DNA of 64,000 nt from a virus (taxonomy: Duplodnaviria; Caudoviricetes), in IMG/VR virus record IMGVR_UViG_2858943916_000002, positions 1 to 64,000 of that record; one strand, written 5' to 3'. The notes below the pieces were generated by a model. The model ran no database searches. It was not told where the DNA came from and was given only the letters and a program-made list of their open reading frames with translations. Position numbers and translations under genes: made by a program. Shown piece by piece: positions 19,176-29,171 of the stretch (position 1 is the first letter of the stretch; every line of letters begins with the position of its first letter).

Positions 19176-19631
19176 TTACGTGGCGGGCGCGACCGATTCG
19201 ATAACAGGCACGGCCGCCAGGCTCGCGACGACATAGCGCACGCCCAGCTCCAGGAGGGCCCGATGCTGGTACCGCGCGCCCTCGCGCAAGACGGGGATGT
19301 TCTGCAGGCGGCCTCGATTAAAGACCGCCAGGCCAAGGGCTTCGGCGCGCTCCTCGAATTCGGGCTGCTGCAGGCGTAGCTGAAGCGCGTCCAGGCCGTC
19401 ATAGGCACCGGCGCCGAACCCTTGCAGCTCCACCGTGGCGTCATTGTGTTGAGATATCAATGAGTTGCCGTGCTCATCCACCTCGCCTTGCTCGGCCCGG
19501 CTGGCCTGCGCCCAGCGCACCGCCATGGCGATGTACGGCGGCGCCGGCCGTGTGCCGTTCTCGTTGGCAAAGATCACGGGGATGCCGGCGGCGGCCTCGA
19601 TCAGTTCGAAAATCGCGTCTTCCGGTGTCAT
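19176..19631 (-). CDS. tail terminator/neck protein
   Basis: VIFANENGTRP..PYIAM; position before sheath. Confidence 0.75.
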   Translation of the reverse strand: MTPEDAIFELIEAAAGIPVIFANENGTRPAPPYIAMAVRWAQASRAEQGEVDEHGNSLISQHNDATVELQGFGAGAYDGLDALQLRLQQPEFEERAEALGLAVFNRGRLQNIPVLREGARYQHRALLELGVRYVVASLAAVPVIESVAPAT

Positions 19632-19758
19632 GGTCGTCCTGCGGATGTATGCGCCGATGGGACTATCGCGCCCGTGCTTGCACGGCCTGCGACTCGGCGC
19701 TGCCCTCTCCGGTGACCTGGATTGCCTGGCCGGCCCCAGGGAGAGACCCTGCGGACGC

Positions 19759-20172
19759 TTAGCCCCGTCCGCGCCCGGTCCAGGTGGCCGGGGTGTGCTG
19801 GGAAATCTGTTGCTCCTGGTCGGCCAACAGCACGGCCAGGTAGCGGTAATGGGGAATGACGCCCGACTGCCAGGGCGCCACGCCAACCAGCAGGTATTCA
19901 CCCGCTAGCGGCCCCGCGCCCCAGACCAGCCGATCACCGCCGGTCCAGTCCTGGCCGGCCACGCTCAACAGCTTGCAGGTGTAGATCCGGACGGCCGCCC
20001 GTATGCGGCGCCCTTCGGGGGTTGCCTGCAATTGCTCGTAGTCGCCCACCTTGGCCGGCTGCACCGAGGCGGAAATGGTTCTATCGGGAATGGGCTCGCC
20101 CTCGATCCAGCGCCCGCGCTCCCGGCGCCCCGGCAATTGGCCACGGATGACATGCGGCTTTCGGAAACTCAT
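19759..20172 (-). CDS. head closure / head-tail adaptor
   Basis: ASVQP....LPE/TPEGRRI..AVRIYT motif. Confidence 0.75.
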   Translation of the reverse strand: MSFRKPHVIRGQLPGRRERGRWIEGEPIPDRTISASVQPAKVGDYEQLQATPEGRRIRAAVRIYTCKLLSVAGQDWTGGDRLVWGAGPLAGEYLLVGVAPWQSGVIPHYRYLAVLLADQEQQISQHTPATWTGRGRG

Positions 20173-20176
20173 GCCA

Positions 20177-20629
20177 CTACACCTTCTGGTACCGGACAGC
20201 ATTCACCAGCAGCCCGTGGTCGATCAGAGGCACATCGCTGCCCTTCTTGGCCACCGTCGATTTCGCGTTGGGCTTGGCCCATTCCTTGGAATGCTGGATG
20301 TGCGCCTTCTGGTGCTTTTCAGCGAACGTACCCAACTGATCCAGGGCCTGCTCCACGGTCAGGCTGCCGTCTTGGACGGCGCCCGCCATCCGCTCCATTG
20401 CCACGCCCAGCACTTCGCCGTTTTTCTCGGCAAAATCGCGGATAGCCGGGCGGGCCGGGATGTGCTCGGTGCCCAACTCGTTCCAGATCGCGATGTCGAT
20501 CAGCTCGATCCCCGTCTTCGGGTCCCTGCCGGCATCCCGCTGGATGCCAAACTCGACGCCGCGCCCGTTGATGGCCTTGGCAAGACGCGCGTGCGCCTCC
20601 AGCCCCTTGTCGATCGCCTTAACCGCCAC
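20177..20629 (-). CDS. neck protein
   Basis: IA.WNELGTEHIPARP; PN..ST..KKGSD.PLIDHG. Confidence 0.85.
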   Translation of the reverse strand: MAVKAIDKGLEAHARLAKAINGRGVEFGIQRDAGRDPKTGIELIDIAIWNELGTEHIPARPAIRDFAEKNGEVLGVAMERMAGAVQDGSLTVEQALDQLGTFAEKHQKAHIQHSKEWAKPNAKSTVAKKGSDVPLIDHGLLVNAVRYQKV

Positions 20630-20993
20630 GGGGAATGCTCCTTATGGTGGCCGCGCCAACCTTGCAGATGCGCGCCAGCCGTTCGTATCTGCCGTAGAAG
20701 CCCGCCGGATCCTCCGCGCCGGCCACTCGGCCATAGACGCGCTGCAGGTCGCCTTCCTTCTCGCTGACCAGGCCAGGCCTGGCCACCACACCGTCGGCGT
20801 CCGCTGCGCGCTGTGCTTTGATGCCGTACAGCAGCCAGGCGGCGTACCAAAGCTGTGCCTGGTCCTGCAACTTGGCGGGCAGGCATGCCGGCCGGTAGTC
20901 GGCGGCCATGGCCAGCGCCCGCTCCTTGTCCGGCGCCGGCAAGCTGGCCACCGCCGGCGCCAGGAAATCCAGATCGTCGATGGTGGCCGCCAT
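20619..20993 (-). CDS. head-tail connector (DUF4054-like)
   Basis: SEKEGDL...Y...YG..Y; position after capsid. Confidence 0.75.
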   Translation of the reverse strand: MAATIDDLDFLAPAVASLPAPDKERALAMAADYRPACLPAKLQDQAQLWYAAWLLYGIKAQRAADADGVVARPGLVSEKEGDLQRVYGRVAGAEDPAGFYGRYERLARICKVGAATIRSIPRGG

Positions 20994-20995
20994 GC

Positions 20996-21382
20996 TTACG
21001 ACTCCTGCGAGCCGCCGCCGGCCGGCGTATCCCCGCCGCCTTCGCCCGGAGCGGCAGCCTTCAAGGCCTCATACAGGCCCTGCAGCTCAGGCTTGGAGGC
21101 CGATGGCGAGTACTGGGCGCCCTGCTCATCAAGCCAGGCTTTCAGCTCCTTGACCGTGGACGGCTCCTTGTCCGCTTTCACCGCGGGGGTCGGCTTGTCA
21201 CCGCGGCCCGGCGGCACAACCGCGTCCTCGCCAGGCGGGTCCGTCTCGACCAGCAGCTCGCGGTCGATCAGGTCCTGGACGCCACGGTCCTCGGGGTTGA
21301 CCCACGCGGCGCGCGTCGGCGCGATCACGGTATGGCCACCGATGTTGATGACCGCCTTAGTTCGGTTTTCGCAATACAGCAT
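20996..21382 (-). CDS. head-associated protein with C-terminal HeH/LEM-like domain
   Basis: TVKELKAWLDEQG..YSPSASKPEL. Confidence 0.7.
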   Translation of the reverse strand: MLYCENRTKAVINIGGHTVIAPTRAAWVNPEDRGVQDLIDRELLVETDPPGEDAVVPPGRGDKPTPAVKADKEPSTVKELKAWLDEQGAQYSPSASKPELQGLYEALKAAAPGEGGGDTPAGGGSQES

Positions 21383-22341
21383 CAGATATCTCCCTTCGCC
21401 ATCGACAGCGGGTAATACACGACCACGCCGCCGGCCCGCGCCAGGCACGGCACGACGAGTTCAAGGCCCCGGGCCTGCGCCGCCAGCTGGTTGAACGGCA
21501 TCGGCAGCTCCATGGCGAGGTTTTCCTCGCTGTACTCGTAGGCCAGGATCAGATCCTTACCGTTGGCGCCCGCCCCCTTGAACTCGGCGGCGCCGATGAT
21601 CTGCAGGCCGGGATGCTTGTCCAGGAAGAACTGGCCCACGGTCTTGCCGTTGGAATCCGGGACGCGGCGCGAAAAGATGCGGCTGCGCTGTTCGGTCGGC
21701 ATGACGATGCGGGTGGGCGTGTGCACGTCCTTGGACTGGTTGGTCACCGCGTCGTAGATCATGTCCAGGTCGGCCAGGATCTGGTCGGGGGTCGTAGCCG
21801 GATTCAGCCAGTCACCGTGCAGCCCCACCACCAGCGGCACGTTCGGGTGGTTCACCAGGCCGTACAGGCCGAACTTGCGATCGCCGATCAGCGCCATCTG
21901 GTTCAGCTTGATCTCGATCGCCTTGCGGGCTGCCATCGACTTGCGCGTGGGCAGGTCGCTGCGATTGGCGGCGGCCGCCCGCAGCTCCATCACGCTGTAG
22001 CCGTAGGAGTCGCCGATGTTCTTGATCTGGGCAACCTTCTCTTCGCCCTTCACGTCGGCGCGCGGCAGGTCGTCCGCGTAGTTGGCGACGATCTTGGCCA
22101 TGCCGACCTCGTCGTACATGAAGTACGTGAAGGTCTCGGCCCACTCGGGCACCTCGGTGGAGATTGGCACCAGCGTCAGGCCCACCATGGGCGGCAGCTT
22201 CTTGTCGTAGGTCCGCGTCTTGACGTAGTCCAGCTGGCGAGCGCTGAAAAGACCTTCGTCCTCGCGCATGCCGGCCAGCGCCACGACGATTTTCTTCACG
22301 GCCGGCAGGTCGGCCTCGTCGTAATGCTCGTGTTTTTCCAT
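21382..22341 (-). CDS. major capsid protein (DUF2184-like)
   Basis: QLDYVK; W.ETFTY..YDEVGMA..DDLPRAD; YGLVNHPN; GGVVVYYP. Confidence 0.92.
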   Translation of the reverse strand: MEKHEHYDEADLPAVKKIVVALAGMREDEGLFSARQLDYVKTRTYDKKLPPMVGLTLVPISTEVPEWAETFTYFMYDEVGMAKIVANYADDLPRADVKGEEKVAQIKNIGDSYGYSVMELRAAAANRSDLPTRKSMAARKAIEIKLNQMALIGDRKFGLYGLVNHPNVPLVVGLHGDWLNPATTPDQILADLDMIYDAVTNQSKDVHTPTRIVMPTEQRSRIFSRRVPDSNGKTVGQFFLDKHPGLQIIGAAEFKGAGANGKDLILAYEYSEENLAMELPMPFNQLAAQARGLELVVPCLARAGGVVVYYPLSMAKGDI

Positions 22342-22407
22342 GCTGATTCCCAATGAAAAAGACCCCTATGCGGGGCCTTGGGGTGATTGCGGATGATGGC
22401 GGCTGGA

Positions 22408-22863
22408 TCAGGGCGCCGCCGGGGCGGCAAAGGGCGCCAGCAACTCGATCAGGGCGATCTTGCCGCCAGACACCTCCACGGCCCCCGACCGGAAGACAGC
22501 GTTGGGCACACCGGTGGCGCCGCCGTCGGAGACGGTGCCGTCCGCCGCGCAGCGGACCAGGCCGTCCTTGGTCACGGCGCCGCCGGCCGACACCTTGGCC
22601 CAGCCGCGGCGAACGCGCAGCACGCTCACGGCGTCAAACTCGCGGTAGCCCCCCTCGCGCGGGATGGTGTGCGTGTGCAGCGCCAGGCCACGGATGCGCG
22701 AACCCGGGCCTGCGACGATGCGGTCGTCGGTGGTGTCGCCCACGATCACGCCCGGGGCAATATCCCCCGCGGCCGCGTAGGTCTCGACATCGTCATAGCC
22801 CAGGTCTGCCTTCATGCCGGCGTAGGCCGGCTCCATGCGGTCATCGTAGATGGCGGGCATCAT
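22408..22863 (-). CDS. head decoration/cement protein
   Basis: between scaffold and capsid genes; Gly/Ala-rich. Confidence 0.75.
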   Translation of the reverse strand: MMPAIYDDRMEPAYAGMKADLGYDDVETYAAAGDIAPGVIVGDTTDDRIVAGPGSRIRGLALHTHTIPREGGYREFDAVSVLRVRRGWAKVSAGGAVTKDGLVRCAADGTVSDGGATGVPNAVFRSGAVEVSGGKIALIELLAPFAAPAAP

Positions 22864-23942
22864 TCGCCTCCTTTCTTCAGGTTCGCCAGGTAGGCCGAAC
22901 GGGCCGCGCTGGCCGATTTGGGCGGCGGCGCGCTATCGGAGCGCTGCTGCCGGGCGGCCGACGGTTCACCGCCGGCCAGCTCGCGGCGCTGCGTCTCGAC
23001 GGCATCCTGGCGGCTCTTGGCTTCGCCCACGGCCAGGTCGAACGCCGCCTCGATGTAGCCGTCGGACTTGTCGGCCAGATCGGCCGAGTCGCCACGGACC
23101 GCCTTGATGACGCCCTCGCGCAGCGCGCGGTCGGTGCTGTCGGCCTTGAATGCCACCTTGTGCTCGGTGGCCACCGCTTCCAGCTTCACGCGGGCCAGGG
23201 CCGCGCCCTTGGCGTCCTGGCGGGCCTGCTCGATGCTCTGCTCCGCCTGGTCCGCCCGGGCCTTCTCGGCATCGGCGCGGGCGGCCTCCGCGTCCGCCTT
23301 GGTGCTGGCCGTTTTCAGGTCGGCCCGCAGGCGGTTGATCTCCTGTTCGACTTCGGGCGCGGCGTCATAGGACAGGCCGTTGTCGAGTCGGATCTTGACC
23401 GTGCTCATGTCATGTTCCTCATCGGTTTTGGTTACGGCGTCTGCCGCGTCTAGATTCAAGCGCGCATTGCCTGCGCGCCCACGTTTCACCACGGCGAGGT
23501 GGTTGTATCGGATGTGCCGTTGGACGATGTCGTACGGCTCGCCCTGCGGCGATACCCCGGGGGTTTCGTCCAGCTCGAGCTCGTAGCCCAGCGACAACTC
23601 CTTGTTGCCGGCGTCCACGGGTCCGGTATCGAAGATCTGGATGTCGCCGACCATGTTCTGGCCGTCCTGGCGCCCTGCCGACAAGGCCGTGCCGATCATG
23701 TGCTGGCGCACGTTCTGGGCGTTGACCTTGCCCGGATGGCCGTCGGTGATCGGTTTTCCCCGCAGGCTGGCCAGGGAGTCAGCGTTGAACACCTCCTCGG
23801 GCGGTCGGTACTCCCGGCGCACGCGGCCCGCGCCGTCCCGGTATTCGAAGACGCCGGTACGCGTCAGCACGGGCGTGTCGACCAGGTAGCCCTCGTCCGT
23901 GCGGGTCGCCTTCAGCGGCGCCCGGTCATATCGCATCACCAT
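22860..23942 (-). CDS. prohead protease/scaffold (DUF2213-like)
   Basis: RTGVFEY..YRPPEEVF..SL..KPITDGHP; ELSLGY; RYNHLAVV.RGRAG. Confidence 0.9.
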   Translation of the reverse strand: MVMRYDRAPLKATRTDEGYLVDTPVLTRTGVFEYRDGAGRVRREYRPPEEVFNADSLASLRGKPITDGHPGKVNAQNVRQHMIGTALSAGRQDGQNMVGDIQIFDTGPVDAGNKELSLGYELELDETPGVSPQGEPYDIVQRHIRYNHLAVVKRGRAGNARLNLDAADAVTKTDEEHDMSTVKIRLDNGLSYDAAPEVEQEINRLRADLKTASTKADAEAARADAEKARADQAEQSIEQARQDAKGAALARVKLEAVATEHKVAFKADSTDRALREGVIKAVRGDSADLADKSDGYIEAAFDLAVGEAKSRQDAVETQRRELAGGEPSAARQQRSDSAPPPKSASAARSAYLANLKKGGE

Positions 23943-23952
23943 GGGATTTCCT

Positions 23953-24792
23953 TCAATGAATAATGAGGGCGTCCAGATCATCGAGGGCCGGCAGGATGGC
24001 CTCGGCCCAGCAGCGGCAGCGGATGGGCTTGCCGGGGTGGCCGTCCGGCGGCGGGTCGTCCCAGTTGAATTCCTGGCCTTCGCGGTCGACGTGTTCATCG
24101 CGCTCGCGGTCATCCAGCACGCCCCGCCACCGGTACCTCTTGACGCCGATATTGGTCTGCCGGTACTCGGTCAGGTTGGCGTTCAGCTTGCCGATCTGGT
24201 CGCGGGCGATCAGTTCGGCGCGCCTGCGTGGCAGGTCATAGGTTTCCCGGATCTCGCGGGTCATGTCTCGCAGGGGTGTGCCCCTGTGGACGGCAGCAAC
24301 CACCCGGCCGTGCAGCGAGTCCAGGTATTGCTCGGGGATGGACTTGATCAGGCCGATGTTCTCAGCCTCCCAGGGACGTAGGATGCGGACCAGGGCCGGC
24401 TCGGCCTTGAACACATCCACCCCGTAGGCGCGACGCAGCATTCGGTGGTACTGCTCCTTGTTGTATCGCTCGACCCGCTGGGACACCAGCGACGCCAGGC
24501 TCTGCGCTTTGCCATCCGGCAAGACCGCCGCCTGCAGCGCCGCCATGAAGGCTCGGCGCAGCAACTCGAACCAGCCCCCGTCGCCGGCCGGCGTGTTGCG
24601 CAGGTCATCCTCGCGCAGCGCCTGCGGCAGCTCGGGTATCACATACCGCTCTACGGCCAGAATGGCAGCCTGCGCAGTGGTCCGCAGCGCCCGCGCGTAG
24701 TCCTGCTCGTCACCGAGTGGGTAGCGCCATTGCTTAGGTGGCCGCGGCGTACGACGTGGCCGTTTGACCGTTTGCGTCGGGAACAAGGCCAT
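23953..24792 (-). CDS. head morphogenesis protein (SPP1 gp7 / Mu F family)
   Basis: RA.LIARDQ.GKLN; Y.W..V.D.R.R..H; HPG.PI.CRC. Confidence 0.9.
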   Translation of the reverse strand: MALFPTQTVKRPRRTPRPPKQWRYPLGDEQDYARALRTTAQAAILAVERYVIPELPQALREDDLRNTPAGDGGWFELLRRAFMAALQAAVLPDGKAQSLASLVSQRVERYNKEQYHRMLRRAYGVDVFKAEPALVRILRPWEAENIGLIKSIPEQYLDSLHGRVVAAVHRGTPLRDMTREIRETYDLPRRRAELIARDQIGKLNANLTEYRQTNIGVKRYRWRGVLDDRERDEHVDREGQEFNWDDPPPDGHPGKPIRCRCWAEAILPALDDLDALIIH

Positions 24793-26017
24793 AGAGCCCT
24801 TCCTGTTTCATGTAGCGCATCGCTTGATCCTGGCTGAGCCCGTTGTCGACGGCGGCGCTCAGGGCGTCCATTTCGCGGGCCGAGGCCTCGGCGTTGGCCT
24901 TGCGAACGTCGGCTTCCTCTTTGGCCGTGGCCGGCTTGAGCGGTGGCCAGGTGATTGACCAGGTCTCGCCCTGCGCGGTACCGGTACCGGCCAATGAGCG
25001 TTGCGCTCGGATCAACGACACCAGGCGCTCCAGCGCGGGGTTCAGCTTCACCTCGCGGCCCATGGCCACCGTGTTGTAGAACCCCTCGAGGTCCCCGTCG
25101 CCAGTAGCGTTCAGGCCAGCCGCTGACCGCCCGAAAAGCACGCTCACCGGGTAACCGCCCTCGGCCGACACCGCGATTTGAAATTCGGCCAGGGTGTCCT
25201 TGATGCCGCCCATGTCCGAGCTGAGCACCTGGTAGTCGTCTTCCGCATCGACGGCCACGCCGTTCAGGGCGTTGCGGGCAGCGTCGACCATCTCCACGCG
25301 TTTGCGCACAACGGATTCCATCTCGGCCTGGATGGCGCCGGCCAGACCCTTCATCTTGTGCACGGCCTGTTGCTTCTTCTCCATCAGCCGAAGCGCCCAG
25401 GTCAACCCCTCGCCGTAGCGCCGGATCGCCCGAAACGCCCGCGCCGCCGCCGGCCGCCCCGCCCAGGGAATGCCTTTGCGATTGAGCTGCGCCGGCAGCG
25501 GATCTCCCGGCACCTCGATCAGGCGGCTTTCGTGCACCAGGAATTCAGCCGAAGGCACACCCGCCGCCTGCACGCGCACGCGGTAGATCTCGGGCATGCC
25601 GTAGTTCGCCTCCTTGGGGTTGGAATATCGCCTCTCGGTGGCCGATATGTCGTCCAGCGTGAAGACCTTGAGCTCCAGAAGCGTGTCCAGGGCGTCAAGG
25701 TTCAGCGGTTCACGCAAGGCGCGCCCATCCTTGGCCACGACCACAATCGCCCCGCCGCCCGTCAACCGCGCCCAGCGCCAGGCATCAGCCAGGGCGGGCA
25801 GCGCCTTCAGCCGGTCCAGCTCGTCCCGCACCCGATCGTCGCCGGCGATGGTCACGCCGCGCGACACCGCGGTGTCCGGAATCATGTCCACGACACGGGC
25901 CGGCAGACCGCCCTCGGCGTACATCGCCAGGTCATCCAGCGCGCCGAGCCCGCCGGGCAATGCGTCCAGCATGCCCGGCCCCAGCAACGCCGACAGGTAG
26001 CCGTCTTGGTTCATCAT
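24734..26017 (-). CDS. portal protein (DUF1073-like)
   Basis: RVVD.IP..A; WARL.GG; [13 protein letters not shown]. Confidence 0.88.
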   Translation of the reverse strand: MMNQDGYLSALLGPGMLDALPGGLGALDDLAMYAEGGLPARVVDMIPDTAVSRGVTIAGDDRVRDELDRLKALPALADAWRWARLTGGGAIVVVAKDGRALREPLNLDALDTLLELKVFTLDDISATERRYSNPKEANYGMPEIYRVRVQAAGVPSAEFLVHESRLIEVPGDPLPAQLNRKGIPWAGRPAAARAFRAIRRYGEGLTWALRLMEKKQQAVHKMKGLAGAIQAEMESVVRKRVEMVDAARNALNGVAVDAEDDYQVLSSDMGGIKDTLAEFQIAVSAEGGYPVSVLFGRSAAGLNATGDGDLEGFYNTVAMGREVKLNPALERLVSLIRAQRSLAGTGTAQGETWSITWPPLKPATAKEEADVRKANAEASAREMDALSAAVDNGLSQDQAMRYMKQEGLYGLVPDANGQTATSYAAAT

Positions 26018-27597
26018 GTACTTGCCAGCGCCATGAAGCGCCCTATGTCGCTGCCCGCCGTGGCGAGCATGTCGTTGATGGCGTCGACCATGGGGTCGAC
26101 CTGGTCGTCGTGAGCGTGGCTATCGTCAGCGGTGAAGGCCTCGCATTCCGCGATGAAGTCGTTCACCCACGGGGCTTCCTCGGGAATACACACCAGCCCC
26201 GCTTCGAGGTAGCTCTGGACGTCCATGACCCGCGTCAGCTTGTCTTTGTCGCGGGGAACGCCCTTGACGGGGATATGCCCGCCGGCGGCGATCTCCTGGA
26301 CCAGTCCGGTACCGCTCGACTTGTCCTCGATGAGGAACTGCCGCAGCGGCGCCGACAGCTTCGGATTGAACGGCTTGTGCTTGGCCCAGAAGTCCAGCGC
26401 CCGGCGCTTGAGCTCCGGCGCCTGCCATTTGCCGCGCAGCAGATCCAGCAGGTACAGCTTGCCGTCGTCGCCCAGGCCCCAGCATTCGAAGACGCTGTAG
26501 TCGTTGCGCTCGGCCGTCTTCTGGGCCGTGTCGGCAAACACCTTGCGCGCGACGATCCGGGGCGGCACCGCATACCGGCCGAACCAGGCGCCCTTGATCA
26601 GGTCGCCACCCAGCGGCGCTGGGCGTTGCTGGTACTGCGCCGAAAACACGTACCGGCTGACGCGTGCGCCCTCCTGGTCCGTGCCGGCGCCGGCCTCCAT
26701 GGCCAGCAGGTCCGCCAGCGGCTCCTTGTAGGGCCAGTAGCTGAAGCGCCCCTTCTCGTCCCGGACGCTGCTGTCGACCTTGATCTGCAGCTCGGCCGGC
26801 AGGCCTGCCACATACGCGTCATCGATCAGCGCCGGGATGACGATCTGTTCCCAGTCCGAGCCGAGGTTTCCGGCCTCGATGAAGCCGGTCACGTCCTCCT
26901 GCGCCAGGCGCTGCATGATCACGATGATCGGCGTGTCGGGGTTGGCCCGACGGCTTTTCACCGTGGCAATCAGGTCACGGTTTGCCTTGGCCCGCCGCGG
27001 CTTGCTGTAGGCGTCGCCGACCTTGAGCGGGTCATCGATGATGATGGCGCCCTGCCACCCTTCCGCCATGTGACCGGCGCGAAAGCCGGTGATTTGGCCG
27101 CCGAGCGATACCGCGTACACTCCGCCGGCCTTGCGGCCATCGACCTCGATGTTCCAGCGCTTCTTGCTTTTCGCGTCCGCGGCGACCTTAAGCGGCCACA
27201 GCTCCTGGAACTCGTCAGACTGAACCAGTTCCTTGGCCGTCTGCGAATTCAGCAGTGCCAGGTCGTCGGAATAGCTGATGTGCAGGAACCGGGCCCGAGG
27301 GTTCAGCGCCAGGCCGCGCGCCATCAGGTTGATGGCGACCAGCTCGGTCTTCGACGAGCCTGGCGGCACGTTGATGACCAGGTTCTTGATGCGGCCGTCG
27401 ATGACGTCCTGCACCTTCTGCGCGATCAGCTCGTGATGCCAGTTGACCCGGAACTTGATGGCCTGGCGGTGCTTGAAGAAATACCGGCTGAAGAACAGGT
27501 GGTCCTGTTCGCATAAAGCCTTGGCCGTGGCGCGCAGGAGGGCGGGGTCAGTATTCGCCTTGCAGCTTTGCGACAGCGGCGGCGACTTCTCTTTCAT
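26014..27597 (-). CDS. terL: terminase large subunit
   Basis: NVPPGSSKT Walker A; IIIDDP Walker B; C-terminal DTAQKT..HDDQVD nuclease. Confidence 0.95.
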   Translation of the reverse strand: MKEKSPPLSQSCKANTDPALLRATAKALCEQDHLFFSRYFFKHRQAIKFRVNWHHELIAQKVQDVIDGRIKNLVINVPPGSSKTELVAINLMARGLALNPRARFLHISYSDDLALLNSQTAKELVQSDEFQELWPLKVAADAKSKKRWNIEVDGRKAGGVYAVSLGGQITGFRAGHMAEGWQGAIIIDDPLKVGDAYSKPRRAKANRDLIATVKSRRANPDTPIIVIMQRLAQEDVTGFIEAGNLGSDWEQIVIPALIDDAYVAGLPAELQIKVDSSVRDEKGRFSYWPYKEPLADLLAMEAGAGTDQEGARVSRYVFSAQYQQRPAPLGGDLIKGAWFGRYAVPPRIVARKVFADTAQKTAERNDYSVFECWGLGDDGKLYLLDLLRGKWQAPELKRRALDFWAKHKPFNPKLSAPLRQFLIEDKSSGTGLVQEIAAGGHIPVKGVPRDKDKLTRVMDVQSYLEAGLVCIPEEAPWVNDFIAECEAFTADDSHAHDDQVDPMVDAINDMLATAGSDIGRFMALAST

Positions 27598-28021
27598 CCA
27601 CCACCACCGTCTTCTGTTCTATCGGGCCGCCGCCGGCGCCTGTGTGCTCCCGCTTGTTCGTGAATGCGCCGCCCACCTCCTTGGCGGCCTGCTCCAGCAC
27701 GCCGGCCGCGCCGATGACGTTGCCACGGCTGATGTGCTTGTCGTAGATCCTGCCGAGCTGTCGGAGGCGAAACGCCTGATCGGCGATGGGGATCTCGGCG
27801 ATTTCCTCTCGGAAGCGTTGCCGGGTGTCGTGGAATAGCTGGACCCACTTCTTGGCCAGATCTTTACCGGCGACCTTGGTCGGGTCGTACTGCGCTACCT
27901 GCATCCGCGGGACGTCCAGACCGAATTCTTCCTTCACCACCTCCGATACCTGGCTGGGGCGGTCCCAGCAGGCCAGGGCTTGGACTATGAAGCGCTTGTG
28001 CGCCTCCGTGAGCTTTGCCAT
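27548..28021 (-). CDS. terS: terminase small subunit (DUF2280-like)
   Basis: [17 protein letters not shown]...YDPTK. Confidence 0.88.
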   Translation of the reverse strand: MAKLTEAHKRFIVQALACWDRPSQVSEVVKEEFGLDVPRMQVAQYDPTKVAGKDLAKKWVQLFHDTRQRFREEIAEIPIADQAFRLRQLGRIYDKHISRGNVIGAAGVLEQAAKEVGGAFTNKREHTGAGGGPIEQKTVVVDEREVAAAVAKLQGEY

Positions 28022-28088
28022 ACCAATATGTTGCCAATAAACACAGAAGGCGCTAAACGGGTAACTCGACTAATAATGGGAGACGACA

Positions 28089-28310
28089 ATGCCTAAAGCG
28101 CGCAATCCGCTCAAGAATCTGAAAATCGAGACCGCTGCTGGTACCCGTAAATGCCACGCGAATTCGAAGCACACGATTGCCGCCGGGGAGAAACACCTGG
28201 CTCAATACGACGACAGCGGAATGGTCCGCGAGAACATTTGCGCGGAATGTGCTCCGCGCGTCCTTGCTGAGATCGAAGGGCATCTGCGCGAGTTGCAGGC
28301 CAGTTTCTAA
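28089..28310 (+). CDS. 73-aa putative zinc-binding moron protein
   Basis: GGGAG RBS; C-H..H..CxxC pattern; opposite strand to the late operon. Confidence 0.7.
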   Translation: MPKARNPLKNLKIETAAGTRKCHANSKHTIAAGEKHLAQYDDSGMVRENICAECAPRVLAEIEGHLRELQASF

Positions 28311-28319
28311 AGCCTTGCG

Positions 28320-28940
28320 CTACGCGGCCCTCAAGCAGCACCCGCAAGCGCGAGCAACGTCCAGCCGAGGCACGGCCGGCGCACCGCCGGCGGCTGCGGC
28401 CAGCCGCCGTACATCCGGCGACGGCCCATACCGCGCCACCACGCCAACGAATTCCTCGACGTCGTGCCCCACGATGCGCAGCTTCGGCCGGCCCGCCTTG
28501 TCGAATGCCGGCGCACCGTACGGATCGGGCGCGTGCCCGATGTGGTAGAGCTCATGCTCCACCAGCGCGCAGAACTCCGCATCGCTGCAGGTGGCGCAGT
28601 AGTCCGCCGCCAGAGTGATCAGGAACGCCGGCACACGGCCGAACCACTCGAACATCTGCTGCTCCTGGCGCACCTTCTGCCAGCCGCTGGCGCGAAACAT
28701 GACCTGTTCGGCCTGGCCCAGCACCACGCGCCCGGCCTTCTGAAAGCCGGACGACGCCCAGAGGAACGCTAGGTCGGCGTCAACCAAGTGAGCGTGGTCA
28801 GGATTATGAAGCGGCCCGTCCGCGGCGAGTATCACTCGTTCAGTCCATTCCAGCAGCTGAGGCGCCGGCGCCAGCAAGCCGCCGGTGGCCTCCGCGCGCG
28901 CCAGCCACTCGGCGGGCGGCCTGGGTCGCTCCTCACCCAT
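28320..28940 (-). CDS. putative phage metallopeptidase
   Basis: LVEHELYH (HExxH) and HDVEEF motifs. Confidence 0.85.
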   Translation of the reverse strand: MGEERPRPPAEWLARAEATGGLLAPAPQLLEWTERVILAADGPLHNPDHAHLVDADLAFLWASSGFQKAGRVVLGQAEQVMFRASGWQKVRQEQQMFEWFGRVPAFLITLAADYCATCSDAEFCALVEHELYHIGHAPDPYGAPAFDKAGRPKLRIVGHDVEEFVGVVARYGPSPDVRRLAAAAGGAPAVPRLDVARACGCCLRAA

Positions 28941-29171
28941 CGGTCGCGCTCGCCCTCCCTTCATACTGAATCATCCACGATGCTTAACCAGCCTTGCTCC
29001 GCGCGATAAAGAGTCCCGGCCTTCCTCATTTGTCCAAGCGCCTCGCTGGGCCTGTCGTCGCTTGCCGCCGTCGATCGACAACCGCTCATCCCTCGAAGCG
29101 GCGATGCTTGTCGGTGCGCGCCATTTTCACTACATTCGGACATTACGAAATCTTACAAAAAAGGAAATCTC

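Noticed and set aside
25960-27516. 518-aa plus-strand ORF
   Set aside because: Antisense shadow of terL
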